Origin: Candidatus Multivoradales bacterium
GTDB taxonomy: Bacteria > Acidobacteriota > Thermoanaerobaculia > Multivoradales > JAHEKO01
DNA: 64,000 nt
Assembly (NCBI GenBank): GCA_965223755.1
Contig: CBDCXF010000001.1
Location: 609,688 to 673,687 of the forward strand
Reading direction: 5' to 3'
The notes below the pieces were generated by a model. It did not search any database, was not told the DNA's origin, and saw nothing but the letters and a program-made list of their open reading frames with translations. Below, one piece after another: positions 30,683 to 39,850 of the stretch (the first letter of the stretch is position 1; the number at the start of each line of letters is the position of its first letter). The translations under genes and the position numbers were made by a program.

Positions 30683-33103
30683 ATGAATAGATGGAAACGA
30701 GCAGCGCCCGTAGCTGTCGGGTGTGGTCTTTTGTCTCTATCGGCGGCCGCAATCGGTGCCCAGGGAAAACGGGATTCGGTTGCCGACGTGGTCGACGAAA
30801 TGCGTTCGGCCGCACGGGCCGATGTCACAACATCGATTTCTGATGACACCGGATTCGTCACCTTCATTTCCTTCGATCGGCCGATAGCCGGAGCGCTCAA
30901 CCATCTGGCTCCGGCTCAAGAGCGAGCTGAGGAGTTCATGGCCCGGTTTGGCACGGCGTTCGGGACTGCCGGGCGTGAGGGCCTGGAGCTTCTCCGCGTC
31001 TCTGCAATCGACGAGGTGGGAATGGAACATGTTCGCTTTCGGCAGATGCACCGCGGGATCCCCGTAACCGGGGGCGAGATCGTTGTCCACCTCAACGCTG
31101 GTGGAGTGACCTCAGTCAATGCGAGCGTGGTGGCCGAGTTGGACGGTTTGAATGGCTCGCCAGCGGTATCGCAAAAACAAGCAGCGTTCATCGTTGAGAG
31201 GATCCTTGCCAACGAAATGGGGGTCAGCGATGCAAAGCTGAGCGAACCCAAACTCGAGTTCTTCAACAGGGGCCACCTCGAGCGCCGCCCCTCGGCCACG
31301 AGATTGGCCTGGTTTATCGAGGCCACCGGAGCCGATCTGCGCGAGTTCATCTGGATCGATGCAATTGGCGGGCATAACCTTCTGCAGTTCAGCCAACTCA
31401 CGGACGCCAAGAATCGTGAGGTGTATGACGCAGACGACCCAGGCGATGGCGTTTACGACACCCTGCCAGGAAATCTGGTTCGAGCTGAAGGGGGCGCTGC
31501 CACCGGTGATACCGACGCTGATCTAGCCTACGATTACGCGGGCGACACATACGACTACTTCTTTGCCGAGCACGGGCGCGATAGCTACGACGGTGCAGGA
31601 GCAACGATCGTTTCGTCGGTGCACTTTTGTCCCAGTGCCACACTCTGTCCGTTCGCTAATGCGTTTTGGAACGGACAACAAATGGTTTATGGCGAAGGGT
31701 TCTCATCTGCCGACGATGTTGTCGCGCACGAACTCACCCACGCAGTGACGGAGAAGACAGCCAACCTCTTCTACTACATGCAAAGTGGCGCCCTAAGCGA
31801 GTCCTACTCGGACATCTTTGGCGAAACGGTCGATCTGCTGAACCTCGGAGGTACCGATGACCCTAGCGTGCGCTGGCACATGGGTGAAGACCTTCCTGGT
31901 GCTGGGGCGATACGAAACCTCAACGACCCTACTCTTTTTTCTCATCCTGGCAAGATGAGCGATCCGGAATTCGTCTGTACTCCAGCCCTCGACCAGGGCG
32001 GCGTCCACAGCAATAACGGCGTCCCCAATCACGCCTACGCGTTGATGGTCGACGGCGGCTCCTACAACGGTTTCACGGTGACCGGAGTGGGGCTGACCAA
32101 GGCTGCAAAAATTCATTATCGAGCACTCTCTCGGTACCTAACTTCGGCTTCCGATTTCCTCGACAACTACAACGCTCTCAAGCAATCCTGTGAGGATCTA
32201 GTCGGCACTTCGGGAATAACAGTGGCGGATTGCACCGAGGTGAGTGAGGCTTTGGACGCGGTCGAAATGGCGGCAACTTGGCCGTGTACCCTGCCGACTA
32301 ACGCCGGTGCCGTCGCGCACTGCCCGGTTGACCAAGCGCCGGTCATCCTCTCCTATCAAGATTTTTCTTCGGGGGGAGGCCTTCTCGCGTGCTCCGAGGA
32401 CACTTTGCCGACCGATTGGTGCGCCAACGGCGTGAGCAGCGTGCTGGGACCGTTTGCGACCAGTGGTACCGATAGCGCCTGGGGTTACAGTTCGGCTACT
32501 GGGGTCACCATAGACATGGATTTCTCCGAGGTAGGCGATCTGCCCGCCAACGCGAGGCTGCAGTTCGACCATTCCTTCGGATTCGCGGCTCGACCGCCGA
32601 TTATTTACTGGGATGGAGGAGTGATCGAATACAGCAGTGGGGGTGGGGCGTGGACGGATGCAGGTTCCCTGATCACTGACGGCCAAGCGTACGGTGGAAT
32701 CCTCGACAACTCGAGCGGTAATCCCCTCGGAGGTCGCTCCGCCTTTGTCGGTAATAGTTGGGGCTACACCACTTCACAGTTGGATTTGAGCTCTCTGGCG
32801 GGCCAGACCCTGAGCTATCGATTCAGCTTTGGTACGGCTTTGGGCGGCGAGTATGGTTGGTTCGTTGACGACATACGTACCTATGTTTGCTTCGCTTGTC
32901 GCCTCGACCGAAGTCTTACGCAAGCGCATACTGGTACCGCGTCCAACTATCGAGCTTCGAACAGCATTGTCGCCGGATCGGGTTTCACCGTCCGATGGAT
33001 CGACTCGGTGGTTCTCGATGCCGGCAACCTGATCGAGTTGGAAAACGGCTTCTCGGTCGAGAACGGTGGCGCGCTCATCGTCAAGCTGGATGGTTGCCCT
33101 TGA
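30683..33103 (+). CDS. Secreted M4 (thermolysin-family) metalloprotease with a roughly 250-aa Cys-containing C-terminal extension domain.
   Basis: Signal peptide MNRWKRAAPVAVGCGLLSLSAAAIGAQG. Zinc motif VVAHELTHAVTE (HExxH) plus a downstream E. A GGAGGG SD lies upstream. Confidence 0.85.
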   Translation: MNRWKRAAPVAVGCGLLSLSAAAIGAQGKRDSVADVVDEMRSAARADVTTSISDDTGFVTFISFDRPIAGALNHLAPAQERAEEFMARFGTAFGTAGREGLELLRVSAIDEVGMEHVRFRQMHRGIPVTGGEIVVHLNAGGVTSVNASVVAELDGLNGSPAVSQKQAAFIVERILANEMGVSDAKLSEPKLEFFNRGHLERRPSATRLAWFIEATGADLREFIWIDAIGGHNLLQFSQLTDAKNREVYDADDPGDGVYDTLPGNLVRAEGGAATGDTDADLAYDYAGDTYDYFFAEHGRDSYDGAGATIVSSVHFCPSATLCPFANAFWNGQQMVYGEGFSSADDVVAHELTHAVTEKTANLFYYMQSGALSESYSDIFGETVDLLNLGGTDDPSVRWHMGEDLPGAGAIRNLNDPTLFSHPGKMSDPEFVCTPALDQGGVHSNNGVPNHAYALMVDGGSYNGFTVTGVGLTKAAKIHYRALSRYLTSASDFLDNYNALKQSCEDLVGTSGITVADCTEVSEALDAVEMAATWPCTLPTNAGAVAHCPVDQAPVILSYQDFSSGGGLLACSEDTLPTDWCANGVSSVLGPFATSGTDSAWGYSSATGVTIDMDFSEVGDLPANARLQFDHSFGFAARPPIIYWDGGVIEYSSGGGAWTDAGSLITDGQAYGGILDNSSGNPLGGRSAFVGNSWGYTTSQLDLSSLAGQTLSYRFSFGTALGGEYGWFVDDIRTYVCFACRLDRSLTQAHTGTASNYRASNSIVAGSGFTVRWIDSVVLDAGNLIELENGFSVENGGALIVKLDGCP

Positions 33104-33150
33104 GTTGAGCGACGCGAAGCCCTCGGTCGCCTCGAGAGGACTACCCTGGT

Positions 33151-35541
33151 TTAGCCCAAGCGCCAGCCCAAGCCGAAAGCCGTCACCTCAATATCCTTTT
33201 TATAAGGCCGGAGTTCGACCGTCTCCAATTCCTCGCGCAAGGGGTCCAATTTGTCCTCGAGCGCATCCAGGTCCTTCGTCAACCGTTCTTCGAGTTCCTC
33301 GAGCTGCTCTTCCAAAGCTTCCAAGGAGGCTTCGGCACGGTCTACGTCTTTGGATTGCTCGCGGGCGTAGCCGGCCCGGCGCACCGCGCTTTGGGTTTTG
33401 GAAAGGGTCGTTGATGACAAGCGTTTGCGGCCAAAGACAGCCGAGAGGATAGCGGTGCCTACAGACACCGCAGCCGAGAGCTTCTCCCGCCGCGCCTGAT
33501 CTTCCTCTTTGTCGATGCGAGCTTCGGCTTTGCGGATCTTGGCTTCCAGGCTGTCTCGGTCTTCTTCGTAGTCGGCGCGCAATTCTCGCGTTTGGCGGTC
33601 GCGTTCCTCGCGAGCCCTTTCAGCAAGGCGAATGCGAAAGTCCCGTTCGTCCTCACCAGGATTGGAGATCTCGTCCAAGGCTGCACTTCTGTAAAGATGG
33701 CAACGGCGAGAGCGGTAGAGATGATCGATGAACGAGCGCTTCCACGAAGAATACGAGCGTGGACTCGCCCCTTTGGCGGGCAAGTCGGCAAAAGAGGCAC
33801 CCGGATCTGGATCGGCCGCCAAGCTCGCACCGGGACCCATGAGTTCGTCGCTGTGGTGCCAGTCAACCTCCGCCCGTTCGCCTTCCAGAGGGACCCAATA
33901 AGAAACTTCTTCGCGATGCTCCAGAGTCTTGCTACGGTTGGCGTAGTAAAGACGAGCCCGGCCGACCAATCCGGCTTGATAGACACTCCCGGCGGCGTCG
34001 CCGAGGTAAAACTGCTCGATGGCCGGGTCGACCACCGGCGCCACGGAAGAGGCAGCAGGAGCAGCCGATGTCTCTGTAGTCTCGGATGTCGCTTCCACTT
34101 GCAACGCAGAGTCTCGCTCATCGCCGCGGTAAGGGTCCATCAAGCGCCGGATCTCCGTTCGGGCCAGCGGACCCCGCAGGTACGACATCGCCCAGCGGGT
34201 GTGGAAGGTTTCTGGGCCGCTTTCGTGCACGTTGTGGAGCAAAAAGACTCGTTTGCCGAGTTGTGACAACAAGGCGTCCAACTCTTTGCGACTCATGACG
34301 CCGCTGAGGCTGTCCAACCCTTCAAGAACGCGTTCTTTGTCCCGTTCTGTTTGCAGACGACCCAAGAACCAGGTCCCGGCGTTGGAAAGCCCTTTGTAAT
34401 CGAGATCGACTGGATTTTGCGTCGCGAGCACCACTCCCAAGCCGTAGGCGCGCGCCTGCTTGAGCAGAGTGAGCAGAGGCTTTTTGGAGGCCGGCTCCCC
34501 GATCGGCGGCATGAAGCCAAAAACTTCATCCATGTACAACAGGGCGCGCAAGTTGGATGTCCCCGGCAGCGACCTCACCCAGCCCACGATCTGATTGAGC
34601 AACAGAGCCACAAAAAACATCCGTTCCGCTTCGGACAAGTGCGCGATCGAAAAGACCGCCAGTTGCGGCTTGCCCTGCTCGTTGTAGAGCAGGCGATTGA
34701 TGTCCAGGGGGGTGCCTTGGAGCCACACCTCAAAGCCCGGTGAAGCCAGTAGCGAGTTGATCTGCATGGCCAACTTGAAGCGCTCCTTGGCCGGATAGAA
34801 GCTCTCCAGCTCAAGCACACCAATGCGCGTCACCGGCGGCTCTTGAATGAGATGAATGAGTGACCCGAGGTCGACGTCTTTGCCGTCACGCCACTGATGG
34901 TCTAGGACGTTGGAGAGCAGCAGATGTTCGCGGCTTTGCACCGGATCGGCTTCGATTCCCAGCAGGGACAGCAAACTGGTAACGGTGGTTTCGACCCGAT
35001 CGCCATATTGATCCCCGTCGTCAACGACCGAGGCCGGCGGAGCCGCTAACGATGCCAAAATCGACACCGGCAACCCCGCCTCGCTACCGGGCGTGTAGAT
35101 GCGTACATCGGCTGCCTGCCGCAGCCGGCGAATGCGCTCGCCGTCCTGTTGCCAACTAGCAAGCCCGTTGCGCCACAGATCGGCCTGCTTGACCGCGTAC
35201 TCGTCCACCGACAGGCCTTTGCGCCGTGCCGCCGCCTCTTCCACCCAGGGCGCGAATTGCGCTGCGCTGAGCTCCGGGAAGGTGAGCATGAGATTGCCCA
35301 GGTCGCCTTTGGGGTCGATGATGATGGCTGGAATGCCGTCGAGAGCGGCCTCCTCCAGCAATGACACGCACAGGCCGGTTTTACCGCTGCCGGTCATACC
35401 GACGCAGACCGCGTGGGTAGTCAAATCGGCGGCATCGTAAAGCAGCGGAGCATCGGCCAGCTCCTCGGTCTTTACGTTGTAGGGCTTGCCAAGATAAAAC
35501 GCCCCCAGCTTTTCGTAGCCCAGTTTTTCGTAGCCCTGCAT
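33151..35541 (-). CDS. HerA/FtsK-like P-loop NTPase of the YjgR/DUF853 type, with a roughly 280-aa C-terminal coiled-coil extension. Start re-placed; the ORF track begins at 35697 inside the tandem repeat.
   Basis: Walker A VCVGMTGSGKTGL, Walker B ALLYMDEVFGF. It carries IDPKGDLGNL and FAPWVEEAAARRKGLSVDEY, which resemble DUF853 motifs. The C-terminus is rich in charged heptads (ERAREERDRQTRELRADYEEDRDSLEAKIRKAEARIDKEEDQARREK ... EASLEALEEQLEELEERLTKDLDALEDKLDPLREELE). A strong GAGGAGG SD sits before the ATG at 35541. Confidence 0.65.
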   Translation of the reverse strand: MQGYEKLGYEKLGAFYLGKPYNVKTEELADAPLLYDAADLTTHAVCVGMTGSGKTGLCVSLLEEAALDGIPAIIIDPKGDLGNLMLTFPELSAAQFAPWVEEAAARRKGLSVDEYAVKQADLWRNGLASWQQDGERIRRLRQAADVRIYTPGSEAGLPVSILASLAAPPASVVDDGDQYGDRVETTVTSLLSLLGIEADPVQSREHLLLSNVLDHQWRDGKDVDLGSLIHLIQEPPVTRIGVLELESFYPAKERFKLAMQINSLLASPGFEVWLQGTPLDINRLLYNEQGKPQLAVFSIAHLSEAERMFFVALLLNQIVGWVRSLPGTSNLRALLYMDEVFGFMPPIGEPASKKPLLTLLKQARAYGLGVVLATQNPVDLDYKGLSNAGTWFLGRLQTERDKERVLEGLDSLSGVMSRKELDALLSQLGKRVFLLHNVHESGPETFHTRWAMSYLRGPLARTEIRRLMDPYRGDERDSALQVEATSETTETSAAPAASSVAPVVDPAIEQFYLGDAAGSVYQAGLVGRARLYYANRSKTLEHREEVSYWVPLEGERAEVDWHHSDELMGPGASLAADPDPGASFADLPAKGASPRSYSSWKRSFIDHLYRSRRCHLYRSAALDEISNPGEDERDFRIRLAERAREERDRQTRELRADYEEDRDSLEAKIRKAEARIDKEEDQARREKLSAAVSVGTAILSAVFGRKRLSSTTLSKTQSAVRRAGYAREQSKDVDRAEASLEALEEQLEELEERLTKDLDALEDKLDPLREELETVELRPYKKDIEVTAFGLGWRLG
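35506..35535 (-). repeat. In-frame 15-bp tandem duplication (YEKLG-YEKLG) at codons 4-13 of the ATPase gene.
   Basis: Plus strand reads cagcttttcgtagcc followed by cagtttttcgtagcc, 14 of 15 identical. Confidence 0.7.
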
Positions 35542-35633
35542 CGACAGTCCTCCTCTGCAATCATCCCCGGCGGGGACGCAACGGCAATGATACGACGTGC
35601 TGTTGGGATGCCGAACGGGCCCTAAAGTTGACC

Positions 35634-35717
35634 TTAAGACTGGCCCCAAGACTAGCCCCAAGACTGGCCCCAAGACTGGCCCCAAGAGTGACCCCAAGAG
35701 TGACCCTACTGGGCCCC
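35634..35717. repeat. 7 x 12-bp tandem repeat with unit CCAAGACTGGCC and degenerate end units. It lies between the M24 peptidase stop and the ATPase start.
   Basis: The units read ttaagactggcc, ccaagactagcc, ccaagactggcc, ccaagactggcc, ccaagagtgacc, ccaagagtgacc, ctactgggcccc. It sits 90 bp upstream of the ATPase ATG. Confidence 0.85.
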
Positions 35718-36985
35718 TAACACCAGGCGACGGGGTCGAGATCGTAAGGCAAGTCGGTCAAATTTCGCGGACCGTCTTCTGAGACGTGCACCATGTCTTC
35801 GAGGCGAATGCCCCACCCGTCCTCGGGATCGTAGAGACCTGGCTCGATGGTGATGAGGTCGTCGGCGCGCAGAGCCCCGGCGCTACGCGGACGCAGATTG
35901 GGAAGTTCGTGGAGGTCGTAGCCGACTCCGTGACCCAGCGAATGAACCATTCCTCGCCGGGTCTCGGGGTCAGTGCGGATGGTTGGATACCCAGCCCCCT
36001 CGAGCGTCCCCAAAGCGGCCTCCACTACCGTGGAGATACTCGTGCTCGGTGTGCAAAGACTGGTCGATCGGATCAATGCTTCCTGAACCGCGCCATGAGC
36101 TCTCTGCACCGATTCTGGAACCAGGCCGAGGCAAAAGGTACGGGTGCAGTCGGCGAACTGGCGGCGACGCGGAAAGAGGTCGACGACAACGGTTTCGCCG
36201 GCCACGATCGCACGTCGGTCGGCACCGGTACTGTGCGGCACTCCCGCTTCGCGTCCGACCGCGACGATGTTCCCTCGCGGTTCCTCGAGTCCATGATCTG
36301 AGAAGGTGCGCCGAACCACCCGGCGCAGGTCGCCGCCAGTGACCGGATCCTCTGTTGATTGCTGGCGCGAGACTTTGGCGAGAAGCCCAGCGATGTTGCG
36401 AAACGCTTCGCAGGTGGCCGCGGCCAGCTTCTCAGCTTGTTGAATCTCGCTCGAAGTCTTTTTGCGACGCCACTGGCGCAGGGCTCCGGCGGCACTCTCC
36501 AGAGCCCAGCCGCGCTCGGCCATCGACCGCTGCACGTCGACCGTCACCCCGACCGGAAGCGTCCCTGCCAGCCCTACGGGGCCGGTTTCGACGCCGACGC
36601 GGCGCAAAACCCGAATCGCCGTACGGGCCAAGAACTCGCCGCGAGTGTTGGTTTCGCGGCGCAACCCTGCCAACTTGAGCTCACGTGGCCCCCAAGCGGG
36701 AACCGCGGCGGCCTCCGCTTCCTCGCGTTCCATGTCGGTGAAGTAGATCAAGCGGGCTTCGCTGCTTGGCGGCACCACGACGGCGCACATGCCGAGATGC
36801 CGGTCTCCGGTAAAGCGCAGCAGATCCGCTTCCGAGCCGTCCTGGGCCAGAAGGAGCAGCGCCCCCCAGCCGCGCTCCTCTATGCGTGACCGGAGGGCGT
36901 CGAGATGTTGCGGCTGCAAGAGTCCGCGTCCTCGGCTAAACGTGCGCCCCGATGAACTGCTGGATGGCGTTCTTGGGCATGGCAC
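35717..36985 (-). CDS. M24-family metallopeptidase (Xaa-Pro aminopeptidase / prolidase-like). The true start is probably near 36920, since the track ORF overlaps trxA by 50 nt.
   Basis: C-terminal pita-bread motifs [13 protein letters not shown]...ITIEPGLY...GIRLEDMV. N-terminal creatinase-N-like domain. Confidence 0.75.
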   Translation of the reverse strand: MPCPRTPSSSSSGRTFSRGRGLLQPQHLDALRSRIEERGWGALLLLAQDGSEADLLRFTGDRHLGMCAVVVPPSSEARLIYFTDMEREEAEAAAVPAWGPRELKLAGLRRETNTRGEFLARTAIRVLRRVGVETGPVGLAGTLPVGVTVDVQRSMAERGWALESAAGALRQWRRKKTSSEIQQAEKLAAATCEAFRNIAGLLAKVSRQQSTEDPVTGGDLRRVVRRTFSDHGLEEPRGNIVAVGREAGVPHSTGADRRAIVAGETVVVDLFPRRRQFADCTRTFCLGLVPESVQRAHGAVQEALIRSTSLCTPSTSISTVVEAALGTLEGAGYPTIRTDPETRRGMVHSLGHGVGYDLHELPNLRPRSAGALRADDLITIEPGLYDPEDGWGIRLEDMVHVSEDGPRNLTDLPYDLDPVAWC

Positions 36986-37265
36986 CGAGCACGCGGTCGG
37001 CGACTTCTCCGTCCTTGAACAGAATCAATGTCGGAATGCTCGACACCTGGTATTTGAATGCCAATTCGCGATTCTCATCCACGTTGACCTTGGCGATGCG
37101 CACCTGGCCGTTCATTTCTTCTGCAACTTCGTCGAGGACCGGCGCCACCATGCGGCAGGGACCACACCACTCGGCCCAAAAGTCCACCAGAACGGGGGTA
37201 TCTGACTGCAAAACGTCGTTGTCGAAACTCTCCGTTGTTACTTGCGTTACTTTGTCACTGGCCAT
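36936..37265 (-). CDS. trxA: Thioredoxin.
   Basis: 109 aa with WAEWCGPCR and overall TrxA similarity. Confidence 0.9.
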   Translation of the reverse strand: MASDKVTQVTTESFDNDVLQSDTPVLVDFWAEWCGPCRMVAPVLDEVAEEMNGQVRIAKVNVDENRELAFKYQVSSIPTLILFKDGEVADRVLGAMPKNAIQQFIGAHV

Positions 37266-37342
37266 GCTTCACCACTTTCGCTAGTTAAGGTGGGTGCAAC
37301 AACCCACGGATAGTTGGTTTCTCGCCGCAGCGCGCGGCACCT

Positions 37343-38287
37343 TCACTTAGGAGAACACGCAGCCGACGAAATGTATTCTCGCGCGTGCTCCACATCGATT
37401 TGAATCTGTCTCTGCAACTCCTCTAACGAGTCGAATCGCACTTCGTCGCGCAAACGGTGGCAGACACGCACCCGAGCCCCAACACCGTAGACGTCCTCGT
37501 CGAAGTCGAGAAGATGAGCCTCGACCCACCGCGGGCCGTCGATTTCGACCGTCGGCCTGCGGCCGACATTGATGACCGCGCGCCAGACTTCGTCGTTCAA
37601 CTCCGCTTCACCGACATAGACCCCATTTTTGGGTAGCAACTCCTGCTCGCAGGCAAGATTGATGGTCGGGAAGCCGAGAGTCCGCCCCCGTTGCGCTCCG
37701 CGCACGATGATCCCGGTCAATTCGTAGGAGCGTCCCAGTAGACGCGTCGCTTCCTCAGGATTCCCCTGCAGCAACGCATTACGAATTCGCGTACTGGAGA
37801 TGATCTGGCCATCGAGGGTGACTTCGTCGAGTCCCACCGCGCGAAAACCGAAGTCCCGCCCCATGCTGGTGAGCAGCGAGAGGTCTCCCTCACGGCGGTG
37901 TCCGAAGGCGAAAGCGGTGCCGACGTAGACCTCGCGTACCGCCAAGCGCTCCAGCAAGAACTCGCGTACAAAGCGTCGTGCCGGAATCTTGGCGAACTTG
38001 GGGGTGAAGAAGACCTCATAGAGCGCATCGAGGCCGCACTCCCGGAGTAGTGCTTCCTTTTGATCGCTGCTAGTGAGCCGCAGTGGAGCGCGCGCCGGGT
38101 CCAACGCCCGCAGCGGATGGGGATCGAAGGTCACCGCCACCGCAGGAAGGTTGAGTTCGCGCCCCCGTTCGCAAACCCGTTCGAGCAGCGTCCGCTGGCC
38201 CAGGTGTACGCCATCGAAGTTGCCGATGGCCACCACCGATCCGGGCAGACTTTCGCCCTCTTCCCAAGCGTTCCTGTATACCCGCAT
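37343..38287 (-). CDS. ribF: Bifunctional riboflavin kinase / FMN adenylyltransferase. Start re-placed to an internal ATG; the track ORF runs to 38755.
   Basis: MRVYRNAWEE...VVAIGNFDGVHLGQ... is the canonical RibF N-terminus. About 315 aa; the upstream 156 aa of the track ORF overlaps rimO. Confidence 0.85.
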   Translation of the reverse strand: MRVYRNAWEEGESLPGSVVAIGNFDGVHLGQRTLLERVCERGRELNLPAVAVTFDPHPLRALDPARAPLRLTSSDQKEALLRECGLDALYEVFFTPKFAKIPARRFVREFLLERLAVREVYVGTAFAFGHRREGDLSLLTSMGRDFGFRAVGLDEVTLDGQIISSTRIRNALLQGNPEEATRLLGRSYELTGIIVRGAQRGRTLGFPTINLACEQELLPKNGVYVGEAELNDEVWRAVINVGRRPTVEIDGPRWVEAHLLDFDEDVYGVGARVRVCHRLRDEVRFDSLEELQRQIQIDVEHAREYISSAACSPK

Positions 38288-38333
38288 GATTCTTCGAGGA
38301 ATGCTGCTTTCGACTGGATCGCGAAATCGGAAT

Positions 38334-39767
38334 CTAAGTTGAAACGGTTTCGAGTGCTGATTGGAGCCCAGAGCCAGCGCGCGCAACACGCCCATCGACT
38401 CCGATGGCGCCAACAATATCGTCTGCGTAGGCTTCAGTAACCCCCACCGGCACGATTTCCCCGACTCGTGCGTGTCCGTCATTGATGAGGACGCGGCCGT
38501 CGATCCCTGGCGCCATTCCTCGGTGGCGCCCTTGCAGCAACAGATCTGTCTCCTCACAAGGTCCTTCCACCAGCACTTCGATGGTGTCGCCAACCAGAGA
38601 CCGGCGCCGCGCTTCGGAGATCGGGCGTTGAACCTCGAGAAGCGCTTCAGCTCGTCGCGCCATCTCCGGTCGCGGCACCCGCCCCTCGAGTTGGGCTCCG
38701 GGAGTCCCGTCTTCGGGGCTGTATTGAAAAACCCCCAGGTGGTCGAAACGCGCACGATCTATGAATGCCTGCAAACGGTCGAACTCCGCCGTCGTTTCTC
38801 CGGGAAAACCGACGATGAAAGTGGTTCGCAGCCAGATCTCGGGAACTAGTTCGCGGGCTTCGGCAACTAGGTCAAGGTACCTCTCGGCCGAGCCTGCTCT
38901 TCGCATGCGCTTCAGCACACTGCGATCGGCGTGCTGTAGAGGGATGTCGAGATAGGAGCAAAAACGCTCCTCTCGACCCATGAGTTCGAGCAGACCCCGA
39001 TCGAGCGTCGCCGGGTAGGCGTAGAGAAAGCGAATCCACGGTACCTGGGTCTCCGCCAATAGCGCTTCCACCAGCCGGCGCAGACCGTCTCTACCCATGC
39101 CAAGGTCCTCGCCGTAGCGAGTCGTATCTTGGGCTACGAGGCAAAGCTCCGGCACTCCTTGTGCTTCTAGATCCTGGGCTTCGGCCACCAAACTCTCGAT
39201 GCTGCGACTGCGGAACCGACCTCGCCATTGCGGTATCGCGCAGAAGGTACATGGGTTGTCGCAACCTTCGGCCACCTTGAGATAGGCGCTTGACGGCGAA
39301 GTCAAGACCCGTGGCGCGGTGTGGTCGAAAATGGCTTGCGACGGTCCGACCTCCGGATCAGCAGACCCGAGCTGAATGACCTCGTCGACACTCTTCAAGT
39401 CGTCGAGGCCGACAAAGCCGTCCACTTCGGGCAGGGACTCGGCCAATTCGGGGCCGTGACGATTGACCATGCAACCGGCAACTAGCAGCTTCTGGGGACC
39501 GCCGGACTGCTTCAACTCCGACATCTCCAGAATGGCGTCAATCGACTCCTCACGCGCCTCGCCGATGAAGCCGCAGGTATTCACGATCACCGTATCGGCC
39601 TCGGTCGCGTCGGCGGTGATTTCGTAGCCCTGTTTGCGCAGTTCGCCGAGCATGATTTCGCTGTCGACGAGGTTCTTGGCGCAACCCAGACTGACCATGC
39701 CAACCCGCTGTTTCTTGTCGCCGTCCGACACTTTGGCGGGCGTGCGGTCTGATACCCGTTCGGACAT
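38334..39767 (-). CDS. rimO: Ribosomal protein S12 methylthiotransferase RimO (radical-SAM MTTase).
   Basis: VGMVSLGCAKNLVDSEIMLGEL MTTase N-terminal domain, radical-SAM core, C-terminal TRAM domain. Confidence 0.7.
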   Translation of the reverse strand: MSERVSDRTPAKVSDGDKKQRVGMVSLGCAKNLVDSEIMLGELRKQGYEITADATEADTVIVNTCGFIGEAREESIDAILEMSELKQSGGPQKLLVAGCMVNRHGPELAESLPEVDGFVGLDDLKSVDEVIQLGSADPEVGPSQAIFDHTAPRVLTSPSSAYLKVAEGCDNPCTFCAIPQWRGRFRSRSIESLVAEAQDLEAQGVPELCLVAQDTTRYGEDLGMGRDGLRRLVEALLAETQVPWIRFLYAYPATLDRGLLELMGREERFCSYLDIPLQHADRSVLKRMRRAGSAERYLDLVAEARELVPEIWLRTTFIVGFPGETTAEFDRLQAFIDRARFDHLGVFQYSPEDGTPGAQLEGRVPRPEMARRAEALLEVQRPISEARRRSLVGDTIEVLVEGPCEETDLLLQGRHRGMAPGIDGRVLINDGHARVGEIVPVGVTEAYADDIVGAIGVDGRVARAGSGLQSALETVST

Positions 39768-39850
39768 GCGAGAATGCTAGCAAAGCCCCATACTCTGGGG
39801 CACTTTCAAACCGGGCCGTAGCCGCCGTCGATAGTGGCCGATGCCCATAC

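Noticed and set aside
30363-30815. 150-aa minus-strand ORF in the guaB / M4 protease intergenic region.
   Set aside because: It has no SD and an odd, Arg/Pro/Ser/His-rich composition. It overlaps the M4 protease start and signal peptide and is more likely non-coding regulatory DNA.
35542-35697. N-terminal extension of the ATPase ORF (MGSLLGPVLGPVLG...) given in the ORF track.
   Set aside because: It is a TTG-initiated read-through of the tandem repeat. A strong GAGGAGG SD precedes the downstream ATG at 35541, which I prefer as the start. A repeat-derived extension is kept only as a speculative note in the findings.
35634-35717. Possible CRISPR array.
   Set aside because: The units are only 12 bp and contiguous, with no spacers. 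It is a simple tandem repeat, not a CRISPR.
35597-35782. 61-aa plus-strand ORF (TGPKTSPKTGPKTGPK...).
   Set aside because: It is simply the translation of the 12-bp tandem repeat on the other strand.
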